From positions 160 to 64,159 of the forward strand of contig CAZGHN010000003.1 in assembly GCA_964525555.1 (NCBI GenBank): a stretch of 64,000 nt of DNA. Reading direction: 5' to 3'. The position numbers and the translations under genes were made by a program. The notes beneath the pieces were generated by a model. It had not been told where the DNA came from, made no database searches, and saw only the letters and a list, made by a program, of their open reading frames with translations. The DNA comes from an uncultured bacterium. GTDB lineage: Bacteria; Hydrothermota; UBA3072. Of this stretch, positions 53,918 through 63,261 are shown piece by piece (position 1 is the first letter of the stretch; each line of letters starts with the position of its first letter).

Positions 53918-54402
53918 AAGGAAAAGCTGAAAAGAGAATTATACTTGATGTAGATAGGTGTATTTCCTGTCATGCGTGTGATATTGCCTGTTACGAGAGT
54001 CATTCGGAAAAATTCTGTCTTTCCCGTTCGAATTTTGATATTTCGGTCGACTTGCCTCTACACTGTAAACATTGTACGGATGCTTCATGTGTGGCGGTTT
54101 GTCCTGTGGAGGCATTAGAAAAGCGAAAGGACGGGTTGGTTTATCATAATAACTTTAGATGTATAGGATGTCTTTCCTGTACTATTGCATGTCCTTTTGG
54201 CGTTATCACGGCAAAGAGAATCAGGCATATTATTTCTAAGTGCGATCTTTGTTATGATATGTTGGAAGAAGGAAAAGATCCGAGATGTGTTCAGAGTTGT
54301 ACAAGTGGAGCTCTCTCATTTGAAGAAATAACTTACGAAGAAGAGAGCGAGAAAAACCGGGTGGATGGACGAGTTAAAGCGAAACCCTGGAGAAGATTAT
54401 GA
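53914..54402 (+). CDS. HycB-like polyferredoxin (multiple [4Fe-4S] motifs)
   Basis: CISCHACDIAC, CKHCTDASCVAVCP, CIGCLSCTIACP and CDLC...C..C motifs. Confidence 0.75.
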   Translation: MKGKAEKRIILDVDRCISCHACDIACYESHSEKFCLSRSNFDISVDLPLHCKHCTDASCVAVCPVEALEKRKDGLVYHNNFRCIGCLSCTIACPFGVITAKRIRHIISKCDLCYDMLEEGKDPRCVQSCTSGALSFEEITYEEESEKNRVDGRVKAKPWRRL

Positions 54403-55304
54403 AGTTGTTTATTTATTATTTTGTTTTTCCGGGTTTCATATTCTCTTCCGTGATTGGTCTTTTGACGGTCTGGCTCGATAGGAAAGTTTCTGCAAGAGTT
54501 CAGTGGAGACAGGGTCCTCCGTGGTATCAAGGTTTTGCAGATATTGGGAAATTACTTTATAAAGAAGTTATAATTCCCCAGGAGGCTTTCGGGTCAGGTT
54601 TTATTGCGGCTCCTCTTATTGGGCTTGCTTCCGTTACTCTTGCCGTTACGATTCTTTGTGTTTCTTTCTTTGGTATGAGTGAAGGTTTCGTAGGAGATAT
54701 AATCGTCGTGTGGTACCTGTTTGCTATACCTGCTATAGCTCTTGTTTATATAGGTTCGACTTCCGGTAATCCTTTGAGTTCAGTAGGTGTTGCAAGAGAG
54801 ATAAAACTTCTTCTGTCCTATGATCTTCCCATGATTATCGTTATTGTTATGGTCGCTACTAAAGCTGGTGGGTTTTCCATCCAGTCTATTGTGCAGTGGC
54901 AGAGAGCTAATGGGTCTAATATATCAAATTGGTATGGTATTACCGCATTTGTGGTTGCGATATTCTGTATACAGGCAAAACTTGGAAGAGTTCCGTTTGA
55001 TTTGGCGGAAGCGGAAACAGAGCTTGGTTCAGGGATTTTAATGGAACTTTCCGGCGGAGTCCTTGCTGCTTATGAATTAAGTAAAGCCATAATGCTTTTT
55101 GGATTACCTTTATTTTTGACTATACTTTTCTGGGGAAAAGGAATTATTGGCGGAGTTTTAATTTATTTGCTGATTGTTGTGTTGCTTATATTGATTAAAA
55201 ATACTAATCCCAGGGTAAGAATTGATCATGCAATGAAGTATTTCTGGGGTTGGATGAGCGGAGCTGCGATTCTGGCAGGAATCCTTGCTCATTTTGGAGT
55301 TTAG
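54399..55304 (+). CDS. NuoH/HycD/MbhM-like membrane subunit
   Basis: 301 aa, about 8 TM. Contains WLDRKVSARVQWRQGP, which matches the NuoH-type motif. Confidence 0.75.
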   Translation: MKLFIYYFVFPGFIFSSVIGLLTVWLDRKVSARVQWRQGPPWYQGFADIGKLLYKEVIIPQEAFGSGFIAAPLIGLASVTLAVTILCVSFFGMSEGFVGDIIVVWYLFAIPAIALVYIGSTSGNPLSSVGVAREIKLLLSYDLPMIIVIVMVATKAGGFSIQSIVQWQRANGSNISNWYGITAFVVAIFCIQAKLGRVPFDLAEAETELGSGILMELSGGVLAAYELSKAIMLFGLPLFLTILFWGKGIIGGVLIYLLIVVLLILIKNTNPRVRIDHAMKYFWGWMSGAAILAGILAHFGV

Positions 55305-55736
55305 ATGGATATTTTAAAGAAATCTTTTAAGAAATCTATATGGGTTTTTCACCTGTCTACTGCAGCGTGTAATAACTGTGATATTGAGGTTCTGGAGCTT
55401 CTGACTCCAAAGTATGATGTCGAGAGATTCGGGATAAAATTGATTGGGAGTCCGAGGCATGCGGATGCTCTGCTTGTTTGCGGTTCCGTAAATGCCCATG
55501 CGAAACCGAGGCTTCTTGAAGTTTACCGCCAAACGCCCAAGCCCTGCCTCGTTGTTGCTTTCGGCTCCTGTGGTTGCTCTTCAGGTATATTCAGAGATAG
55601 TTATTCGATCGTCGGACCGGTTGATAAGGTTTTAAGAGAGGAAGATCCTAATGCTTTAATAGTTTATGTTCCCGGATGTCCTCCTAAGCCTGAAGCAATG
55701 ATAGAAGCAATCGTTATGGGGTTGGGGGTTGTTTGA
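55305..55736 (+). CDS. group 4 [NiFe] hydrogenase small subunit (NuoB/HycG-like)
   Basis: Proximal-cluster cysteines CNNC..GSCGCS..PGCPPKPE. Confidence 0.85.
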   Translation: MDILKKSFKKSIWVFHLSTAACNNCDIEVLELLTPKYDVERFGIKLIGSPRHADALLVCGSVNAHAKPRLLEVYRQTPKPCLVVAFGSCGCSSGIFRDSYSIVGPVDKVLREEDPNALIVYVPGCPPKPEAMIEAIVMGLGVV

Positions 55737-56218
55737 TGAGTAAGGAAATTATGAAAGATTTGAGAGAAAATTTAAAAGGAAAGATAATGGATATTGTCCA
55801 ACCCAGAGACAACAGGATATATTTGAGAGTGGACTCTAAGAAGATTCCTGAGGTTATCGAGTATTTGTTTTTTAAATATAAATGTAAATTATGCACTGCC
55901 AGTGGTATAGACATGCGGGAAGGAATAGAAATAATTTATCATCTGGCAAGAGAAGATAAGAATATGTTAATAAATGTGAAGACTCTTATTCCTTATCCTA
56001 AATTGGAAATAGAGTCTATAGGTAAAAAGATACTGGCATTTAGATGGATTGAAAGGGAGTTAAACGAGATGCTTGGAATTACTTTTGTAGGTCACCCTGA
56101 TATGAGAAGGCTTCTTCTTGCCGATTCTTTTCCGAAGGGTAAGTATCCTTTAAGAAAGAATTTTAAACATTTAGATGTAAATGATGAAGATTATGATTAT
56201 GAGAGGTCAGGATTATGA
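55733..56218 (+). CDS. NuoC/HycE-N-like subunit
   Basis: WIERELNEMLGITFVGHPDMRRLLL block. Confidence 0.8.
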   Translation: MMSKEIMKDLRENLKGKIMDIVQPRDNRIYLRVDSKKIPEVIEYLFFKYKCKLCTASGIDMREGIEIIYHLAREDKNMLINVKTLIPYPKLEIESIGKKILAFRWIERELNEMLGITFVGHPDMRRLLLADSFPKGKYPLRKNFKHLDVNDEDYDYERSGL

Positions 56219-57429
56219 AGCAGACAATAATTCCTCTTGGTCCTTATCATCCGCTTCTTGAAGAGCCTGAACACTTTAAGCTCTATGTAGAGGGTGAGAG
56301 AGTGGTGGATCTTGATGTCGAAATAGGTTACAATCATAGAGGTGTGGAGAAATTATCCGAGGGAAAGACATGGGACCAGGTTGCGTATCTTGTGGAGCGA
56401 ATTTGCGGTATTTGTTCTACCTCACATCCGATGGCTTATTGCCTGGCTGTTGAAGATTTGGTTGGATGTGAAGTTCCGAAGAGAGCTCAGTTAATTAGAG
56501 TTGTTGTTTGCGAATTAGAAAGACTGCATTCTCATCTTTTATGGGTTGGGCTTGCTGGGCATTTCATCGGATATAACACAGTCTGGATGTGGGCATGGAA
56601 ATACAGGGAGACGATTTTAGAGATATGTGAAAAACTCACTGGTAATAGAAATCACTATGCTATGTTTAAGCCCGGTGGAGTTAGAAGAGATTTTAATAAA
56701 GAGCAAATAGATTATGCATTAGAGCATATTGTCGATGTAGAAAAACCCACCAAGATGCTTACTGATGCAATTCTTGATGATCCCGTAATACACAAGAGAC
56801 TTAAAGGGATAGGAGTATTGACAAAAAAAGACGCTATCCTTTATTCTGCGCTTGGACCTACATCTCGTGGGTCAGGAGTACCCTGGGATGTACGCAATGA
56901 TGAACCTCTTGATGGGTTTAAAGACCTTAAGTGGAATGTTATTGTTCAAAAGAATGGAGATGTTTTCAGTAAGGGTGTGGTACGCCTTCTTGAATGTTTT
57001 GAATCGATTTCCTTAATAAAGCAGGCTCTTTTAAAGCTGCCCAAAGGCGGAGCTATTGATGCGGATATAAAGGAAGTTCCGCCCGGAGAGGGATGCGGAC
57101 GATATGAAGCTCCGAGAGGAGAAGTCTTCCATTATGTGAGGAGCGACGGTTCCAATATGCCTTATCGGCATAAAATCAGAGCTCCGACGTTTAATAATCT
57201 TCCGACTTTTAAAGCCTCATGTAAGGGAGAAACTATTGCCGATGTCGCTTTAATTACAGCTTCTATCGATCCATGCTATTGCTGTACCGAGAGAGTCTCT
57301 GTTGTCGATAAAAATAACAATAATAAGATACTCAGAGAGAAAGATTTGTTAAAATTAAGCGTAGAAAAGACTAAGCGTATTATGAAGAGACTGGGTAAAG
57401 TACCGCCTCTCTATAGAATGGAGATATAA
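56215..57429 (+). CDS. group 4 [NiFe] hydrogenase large subunit (NuoD/HycE/MbhL-like)
   Basis: Both Ni-Fe ligand motifs are present: L1 RICGICSTSH (56401-56427) and L2 DPCYCCTER (57268-57294). 44 residues follow L2. Confidence 0.88.
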   Translation: MKQTIIPLGPYHPLLEEPEHFKLYVEGERVVDLDVEIGYNHRGVEKLSEGKTWDQVAYLVERICGICSTSHPMAYCLAVEDLVGCEVPKRAQLIRVVVCELERLHSHLLWVGLAGHFIGYNTVWMWAWKYRETILEICEKLTGNRNHYAMFKPGGVRRDFNKEQIDYALEHIVDVEKPTKMLTDAILDDPVIHKRLKGIGVLTKKDAILYSALGPTSRGSGVPWDVRNDEPLDGFKDLKWNVIVQKNGDVFSKGVVRLLECFESISLIKQALLKLPKGGAIDADIKEVPPGEGCGRYEAPRGEVFHYVRSDGSNMPYRHKIRAPTFNNLPTFKASCKGETIADVALITASIDPCYCCTERVSVVDKNNNNKILREKDLLKLSVEKTKRIMKRLGKVPPLYRMEI

Positions 57430-59294
57430 TGTTTGATAAGATATTATTGTACCCGATTATAATACCTTTCTTTGCCGGGCTTTTTACTCTGATTGTCCCT
57501 CGATTGAAGAAATTTAAGCAATTGATAACAATTGCCGTAACTCTGTACCTTCTAATTCTTTCGTATCATTTGTTTAATTTAACCGGTACCGTAGAGAGTT
57601 TATTATCCATTAGTTTCTTAAACTACCGGACAGATTTTCTGCTTAAAGTCGATCAGATAAGCGGCTTTATGCTTTTGTTTACTTTCCTGTTTGGCTTTTT
57701 GATATCTATATATCTTATTAGTTCCCGTAGTGAAGTTAAAACGGGAGATAATCAATTCTTAACCTATTTCCTCTGGACTCTTGGAGGTGTATCTGGTGTA
57801 TTCCTTTCTGCTAATTTATTATTCGTGCTTATTTTCTGGGAGATGGTTACAGCTATTTTCTTCCTTTATATTAATTTGGGAAAGGGTAAGGGTATTTCCG
57901 AGGCAGCTCGTAAAACTTATATTATACTTGGTTTTGCGGATGCTTTGTTCTTATTTGGTGTTACCTATATATGGGTTACTGTAGGTGTTCTTAATATTGA
58001 TTTGATTTCTATTTCTACTGCTTCCGGTGTACTTCCAAGAATTGTGTTTTTCTCTTTTGTCGTGGCCGCTGTTGCAAAAGCAGGGGCAATACCTTTCCAC
58101 ACATGGATTCCTGCGATTGCAGAAGAATCTCCTGCATCATTGATGGCTTTCTTACCGGCATCTCTTGATAAATTACTGGGTATTTATCTTTTGGCAGTAA
58201 CAATGTTAAAGTTATTTAATGTCGAACCGATTTTACAATTTATCGTTATGCTAATAGGAGCGCTTACTATTATCATAGCTGTACTTATGGCTCTTATACA
58301 ACATAATCTTAAAAAACTACTTTCTTTTCACGCAGTTAGTCAGGTCGGTTATATGGTTCTTGGTATCGGTACGGGTAATCCTATTGGAGTTTTAGGTGGA
58401 TTGTTCCATATGTTAAACCATGCTGTTTACAAGAGCGGACTCTTTCTATGTGCAGGTGCCATTGAAAAAGAAACAGGGACAACAGAATTGGAAGAATTGG
58501 GAGGCTTGTACAGAAAAATGCCGTTTTTGATGATTTCCAATATAATACTCGCTATGGCTATCTCCGGTGTACCGCCTTTAAATGGTTTTACTTCCAAATG
58601 GATGGTTTACCAGGGTGTTCTACAAGCAGGACAACCCGTGTTTCTTGTTCTGGCAATTTTCGGAAGTGCTTTGACGCTTGCTTCTTTCCTGAAAGTGATT
58701 TATTCGGTTTACTTCGGAGGTGCCTCGGAAGCTTATGATAAGGCGCGGAAACCTTCTTTATTAATGACAGCTCCTATAGCTGTTTTGGCTACTCTGTGTC
58801 TTTTCTTTGGCATATTCCCTGCATTTACAGTGAGCCTCTTCCTGGTGCCTATGGAATTTAACATATTTGCAAGTTTATCGATATCTAAATTTCTTTCCGG
58901 TAACTTGAGCTTTGTCAATACGTTGTGGGATCCGGGTCAGGCTACTTTAGCTTTGGTAATCGGTCTTTTTATTGGTCTTATAGTGTATGTAATAGGTAAG
59001 GTATTTGATTACAGGGAACAGCCTGTCTTCACCTGCGGTGAGAGGTTAGATGTTGAGAAAAGAAGATTTCCCGGGACAGGGCTCTATCTTACCATACTTG
59101 AGTTGCCGTTTATTGGGACATATCTTAAAGATAGAGATAAGGGTACTTATGATATTTATAATATAGTTAAGGTTTCTGGTTGGAAAGCAATAGTTGAAAA
59201 GTTGAAAAATATGCATGACGGTATTCTATCTACTTATTTATCATGGTGTATTGTTGGTTTAATGATAATCATGTTTGTTCTTATGAACAGGTAG
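57429..59294 (+). CDS. NuoL/MrpA/HycC-like antiporter-type membrane subunit
   Basis: 621 aa, many TM segments. Contains AGAIPFHTWIP, SQVGYMVLGIG and HMLNHAVYKSGLFLCAG blocks. Confidence 0.8.
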   Translation: MFDKILLYPIIIPFFAGLFTLIVPRLKKFKQLITIAVTLYLLILSYHLFNLTGTVESLLSISFLNYRTDFLLKVDQISGFMLLFTFLFGFLISIYLISSRSEVKTGDNQFLTYFLWTLGGVSGVFLSANLLFVLIFWEMVTAIFFLYINLGKGKGISEAARKTYIILGFADALFLFGVTYIWVTVGVLNIDLISISTASGVLPRIVFFSFVVAAVAKAGAIPFHTWIPAIAEESPASLMAFLPASLDKLLGIYLLAVTMLKLFNVEPILQFIVMLIGALTIIIAVLMALIQHNLKKLLSFHAVSQVGYMVLGIGTGNPIGVLGGLFHMLNHAVYKSGLFLCAGAIEKETGTTELEELGGLYRKMPFLMISNIILAMAISGVPPLNGFTSKWMVYQGVLQAGQPVFLVLAIFGSALTLASFLKVIYSVYFGGASEAYDKARKPSLLMTAPIAVLATLCLFFGIFPAFTVSLFLVPMEFNIFASLSISKFLSGNLSFVNTLWDPGQATLALVIGLFIGLIVYVIGKVFDYREQPVFTCGERLDVEKRRFPGTGLYLTILELPFIGTYLKDRDKGTYDIYNIVKVSGWKAIVEKLKNMHDGILSTYLSWCIVGLMIIMFVLMNR

Positions 59295-59302
59295 GGGATG
59301 TT

Positions 59303-59866
59303 ATGAATGTAATATTGTTGTTGCACTCACTTCTTGTGTTTATGATAATAGGGGCTTTTATAACTGTAGAGATAAAAAATATGCTTTCGGCGGTAATCTC
59401 TGTGGGTGCTGTTGGATTCGCACTTTCAATGACCTTCCTTTTCCTTGGGGCACCTGATATTGCTATCACTCAGGTTATAGTTGAAATTTTGTCATTGATA
59501 CTTTTGATAAGGGCTACTGTTAATGTAGATAATGTTGCTATCGAGGAGAAGGGAGAATCTGTTTTTCATAATAGGACAGCCTTGATTTTTGTAGGTATTA
59601 TACTTGTTTTTGCGTGGATTGCATTTCATTCGCTTCCCCCGTTTGGAGAACCTTTAATGAGAGTTTCTAAATTCTATCTGGATAATGGTCTGGCGAAGGT
59701 AGGGGCAACAAATTTTGTGACTTCTGTTATTCTAGATTTCAGAGCTTACGATACTTTTGGTGAGGCAATGGTTCTGTTTGTTTCGATAAGCGGTGCTTTC
59801 GCGATCTTACGGAGATGGAAAAGAGAACAAAATAAAGATTTCTTAAGGATAGATCGGGAGCATTAA
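59303..59866 (+). CDS. MrpA C-terminal/MrpB-like (MbhD/E-like) membrane subunit
   Basis: APDIAITQVIVEIL and NFVTSVILDFRAYDTFGEAMVLF blocks. Start moved to ATG 59303, after the upstream stop (the track starts at 59243). Confidence 0.65.
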   Translation: MNVILLLHSLLVFMIIGAFITVEIKNMLSAVISVGAVGFALSMTFLFLGAPDIAITQVIVEILSLILLIRATVNVDNVAIEEKGESVFHNRTALIFVGIILVFAWIAFHSLPPFGEPLMRVSKFYLDNGLAKVGATNFVTSVILDFRAYDTFGEAMVLFVSISGAFAILRRWKREQNKDFLRIDREH

Positions 59867-59868
59867 TT

Positions 59869-60342
59869 ATGAAGAGAAAAAAACAATCCGGAATGACTTT
59901 TATAGTAAAAACGATAACTAATTTGATAGTTGGATTTATGTTAGTTTTTGGTGCATATGTAGTTCTGTACGGACATATAACGCCGGGTGGTGGTTTTCCT
60001 GGTGGGGTAATGATTGCTCTTACCTATATTTTGATAACTCTTGCTTATGGAAGGAAGGTTGTGGAAAGTATAGTTTCGGGAGTTGCGGGTTCAATTATGG
60101 ATGATTTAGGCGCAATTGCTATCATAATATTAGGTTTTATCGGATTATATATAGGAGGAACATTTCTTTATAATTTTTTGCCTAAGGGTAATCCTTTTGA
60201 TTTGTTTTCAGCCGGTTATATCGTACTGTATAACCTTGCAATAATGTTGAAAGTAGGCATGAGTCTTTATATCGTTTTTCTTGCTCTTGCTATACTACAA
60301 AGAGTCGTGGTAACCAGGAATGAAAAGGAGGAGGGAAAATAA
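59869..60342 (+). CDS. mrpB: MrpB/MnhB-like subunit
   Basis: YGHITPGGGFPGGVMIAL motif. Confidence 0.7.
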   Translation: MKRKKQSGMTFIVKTITNLIVGFMLVFGAYVVLYGHITPGGGFPGGVMIALTYILITLAYGRKVVESIVSGVAGSIMDDLGAIAIIILGFIGLYIGGTFLYNFLPKGNPFDLFSAGYIVLYNLAIMLKVGMSLYIVFLALAILQRVVVTRNEKEEGK

Positions 60343-60692
60343 TGACTCTATACTTTCTGAATTTTGTGCTTCTGATTATAGGTTTATACGCGCTCGTGGT
60401 TAAGAGACATATTGTTAAAAAGATTCTTGGGGTTGCGATAATGGAATATGCTGTGAATCTATTTTTAATACTTCTTGGTTTTAAGAAATCCGGAATTGCA
60501 CCTATTCTTACCGAAGATATGGATTTAAGAACTTTTATTCATACAGCGGTAGATCCTCTCCCACAAGCGCTAGTTCTGACGTCTATAGTCATTGGTCTCG
60601 GAACTCTTGCTCTTATGGTAGCAATGGCTATCAGACTTTATGAGAGATATGGAACTTTTGATATGGATGAAATAAACAGGCTTAGAGGTTGA
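60342..60692 (+). CDS. mrpC: MrpC/NuoK-like subunit
   Basis: 116 aa, 3 TM. LGVAIMEYAVNLFLI..VLTSIVIGLGTLAL pattern. Confidence 0.7.
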   Translation: MTLYFLNFVLLIIGLYALVVKRHIVKKILGVAIMEYAVNLFLILLGFKKSGIAPILTEDMDLRTFIHTAVDPLPQALVLTSIVIGLGTLALMVAMAIRLYERYGTFDMDEINRLRG

Positions 60693-62179
60693 AGATGGGT
60701 TCTTTATTACCATTATTTACTGCGATTCCTGTATTTAGTGCGATTTTGATGCTGATTGTTGGCAAATTTGATAAGAAGAACTTCCCCAGAATTTGGTCGA
60801 TTCTTACATCTCTTTCTCTACTTTATATATTGTCAGCTGTATGGGGAAAGGGAATAATTATTCATGAAATGGGAGGGTGGAGACCGCCTTTTGGTATAGT
60901 GCTTGTTAAAGATAATCTTTCGCAGTTTATGCTTTTAATCGTTAATGTAGTAGCCTTCCTTACAATTATTTATTCATACGTTTATATGAAGAAATACGAA
61001 GATTACTTAAGATTTTTCACTCTGTTTTTGTTTATGCTTGCAGGTATGAATGGAGTTGTACTGACCGGAGATTTGTTTAATCTGTTTGTATTTCTTGAGA
61101 TTGCCTCTATTGCATCGTATGCACTGGTTGGTTATGGGGTAGATGCTGAAGAGCTGGAGGCTTCATTTAAATATTTGATATTGGGAGCTCTTGCTTCAAC
61201 CTTTATTCTGTTTGGTATAGGAATGATTTATTCTCTTACAGGTTCTGTTAATATGGCCGATGTGGCAAGATTTCTTATAGATAATAATTTAGCTAGCAAT
61301 AATGCGCTTTTAATGGCGACTGGTTTATTTATAGTCGGTTTTGGGCTTAAGGCTGGGCTTGTTCCTTTCCATGCCTGGTTGCCTGATGCTCATTCTTCGG
61401 CTCCTGCTCCTATTTCCGTAATGCTGTCAGGCGTTTTAATTAAAGTTCTTGGGATTTATGCTATTATAAGAGTTTTCTATAATGTGATCGGAGTTACATC
61501 TGTTATTTCCAATATATTTATAACGATGGGAACTATATCTATGCTTGTTGGTGCTTTTATGGGTTTTGGACAGGATGATATGAAAAGAATGTTTGCTTTT
61601 TCTTCTGTAAGCCAGATGGGTTATATTGCTGTTGGAATTGGTATTGGTACTCCTCTAGCTCTTATCGGTGCTTTATTCCATCTCCTTAACCATGCCGGAT
61701 TTAAGTCTCTACTCTTTCTTTCCTCAGGGGCGATAGAATCTTCTACAGGAACGAGAAATTTATCTGAACTTGGCGGACTTGGTAAAAAGATGCCGGTTAC
61801 TTCGGGGGCGTCAGTTGTTGGCTCTCTTTCTATTGCTGGTGTACCTCCGTTTAATGGGTTCTGGAGTAAGTTGATTATAATCCTTGCTGCTTTTTCAGCC
61901 GGATACATCTGGCTTGGAGCAATTCTCGTTTTAACTGCTTTTTTAACTTTGGCTTATTACTTACGTTTTCAAAAGAATGTAATTTTTGGAGAACCGAGTT
62001 CAAGTATGAAAGATGTCAGGGAAGCCCCGTTGTTAATGCTGTTACCCATACTTGTTTTTGCTGCTTTCTGTCTTATTGCCGGGATTTTTAATGGCTGGAT
62101 TGTAAGTAATATTGTTATTCCGGCTCAAAGCATAATACTTGATCAATTAGGTTATATTTCATCTGTGATGGGTATATAG
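60689..62179 (+). CDS. mrpD: MrpD/NuoM/N-like antiporter subunit
   Basis: GLVPFHAWLPDAHSSAP, SQMGYIAVGIG and HLLNHAGFKSLLFLSSG blocks. Confidence 0.8.
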   Translation: MKMGSLLPLFTAIPVFSAILMLIVGKFDKKNFPRIWSILTSLSLLYILSAVWGKGIIIHEMGGWRPPFGIVLVKDNLSQFMLLIVNVVAFLTIIYSYVYMKKYEDYLRFFTLFLFMLAGMNGVVLTGDLFNLFVFLEIASIASYALVGYGVDAEELEASFKYLILGALASTFILFGIGMIYSLTGSVNMADVARFLIDNNLASNNALLMATGLFIVGFGLKAGLVPFHAWLPDAHSSAPAPISVMLSGVLIKVLGIYAIIRVFYNVIGVTSVISNIFITMGTISMLVGAFMGFGQDDMKRMFAFSSVSQMGYIAVGIGIGTPLALIGALFHLLNHAGFKSLLFLSSGAIESSTGTRNLSELGGLGKKMPVTSGASVVGSLSIAGVPPFNGFWSKLIIILAAFSAGYIWLGAILVLTAFLTLAYYLRFQKNVIFGEPSSSMKDVREAPLLMLLPILVFAAFCLIAGIFNGWIVSNIVIPAQSIILDQLGYISSVMGI

Positions 62180-62188
62180 GGAGATTTT

Positions 62189-62677
62189 ATGAAGAAGAGA
62201 TTGGCTGAATTTATTATAACTTTTTCGATGTGGATTCTTTTAACATGGTCTTTGAAATTACAGGATATTATGGTTGGAGCTGTTGTGGCTTTAATTGTAA
62301 CGATTATTACACGAAAGCTTTTTCCTAGAGATGTTGTTAGACTACTACATCCGCGACGTTTTTTCTTTGCCATTCTTTATATGCCTTATTTGGTTTATTA
62401 TATTCTACTTGCTAATCTGGATGTAGCGTACAGAGTATTGAATCCGTATCTTCCGATAAATCCGGGAATTGTTAGGGTGAGAACGAGTCTCACATCAGAT
62501 TTTGCTAAGACTATTCTTGCTAATTCTATTACGCTAACTCCTGGAACTCTAACTGTGGAAGTTGATGGTGATGATTTTTACGTTCACTGGATAAATGTTT
62601 CGAGTGATAATCCGGAAGTTCAGAGGGAGATAATTTTAGGTAGATTTGAGAGAATGCTAAGGAGGATATTCGAATAA
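62189..62677 (+). CDS. mrpE: MrpE/MnhE-like subunit
   Basis: LANLDVAYRVLNP..ILANSITLTPGTLTVEVD block. Confidence 0.75.
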   Translation: MKKRLAEFIITFSMWILLTWSLKLQDIMVGAVVALIVTIITRKLFPRDVVRLLHPRRFFFAILYMPYLVYYILLANLDVAYRVLNPYLPINPGIVRVRTSLTSDFAKTILANSITLTPGTLTVEVDGDDFYVHWINVSSDNPEVQREIILGRFERMLRRIFE

Positions 62678-62934
62678 TGTTTACATTTTTATTTGCCTCT
62701 TTAATTATAGCATCTTTTATGTGTCTGTACAGGGTTATGGTGGGTCCGACACCGCCTGATCGGATGGTAGCAATAGATATACTTGGAATTATTGTTGTCG
62801 GCATGTGTGCTCTTTTCGCAGCGCAAAAAGGCAGAGATTTTTATCTCTATATAGCTATATCCTGGTCGATACTATCTTTCGTTGGTACTCTTGCACTTGT
62901 TAAGTTCCTGGAAGGTAGGGGGTTCGATGAATAA
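62677..62934 (+). CDS. mrpF: MrpF/MnhF-like subunit
   Basis: YRVMVGPTPPDRMVAIDILG motif. Confidence 0.75.
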   Translation: MFTFLFASLIIASFMCLYRVMVGPTPPDRMVAIDILGIIVVGMCALFAAQKGRDFYLYIAISWSILSFVGTLALVKFLEGRGFDE

Positions 62935-63259
62935 TAATTTTGCTATAGCTTTTGTTTTTATAGGGGTAACTTTTGATCTGCTTGGATGTCTGGGTTTAAT
63001 CAGGCTCCCGGATATTTATAATAGATTGCAAGCTGCTACAAAATCCGTTACACTTGGTACCTGTGCCATACTATTTGGTGTCTTTCTTGAGTTTGGTTTT
63101 TCTTCCGGTGGTATTAAGGCATTGATTTGTATAATGTTTGTGATGTTTACTTCTCCTACGGCGGCTCATGCGCTGGCAAGAGGTTCTCATATAAGAGGAT
63201 TTAAATTATGGGAAGGAAGTAAAGTAGATAAATTAAAAGAAGACAGGGAGAAGAAATAA
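62927..63259 (+). CDS. mrpG: MrpG/MnhG-like subunit
   Basis: GCLGLIRLPDIYNRLQAATKSVTLG motif. Start set at ATG 62927 (the track starts at 62882). Confidence 0.75.
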   Translation: MNNNFAIAFVFIGVTFDLLGCLGLIRLPDIYNRLQAATKSVTLGTCAILFGVFLEFGFSSGGIKALICIMFVMFTSPTAAHALARGSHIRGFKLWEGSKVDKLKEDREKK

Positions 63260-63261
63260 TA

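Noticed and set aside
56215-57429. The possibility that the NuoD-like subunit is a non-hydrogenase (Mbx/Mbs/Ehr or complex I type)
   Set aside because: Both CxxC Ni-Fe ligand pairs are intact (CGIC and CYCC within the DPCxxC context), so a true [NiFe] site is expected.
19743-63259. ORF-track start codons for serA (19743), ntpG/H-like (32501), ntpI (33701), the MrpA-C/B-like gene (59243) and mrpG (62882)
   Set aside because: The upstream extensions lack an SD, overlap upstream genes excessively or add non-conserved residues. Downstream in-frame starts with an SD (19815, 32561, 33740, 59303, 62927) fit better.
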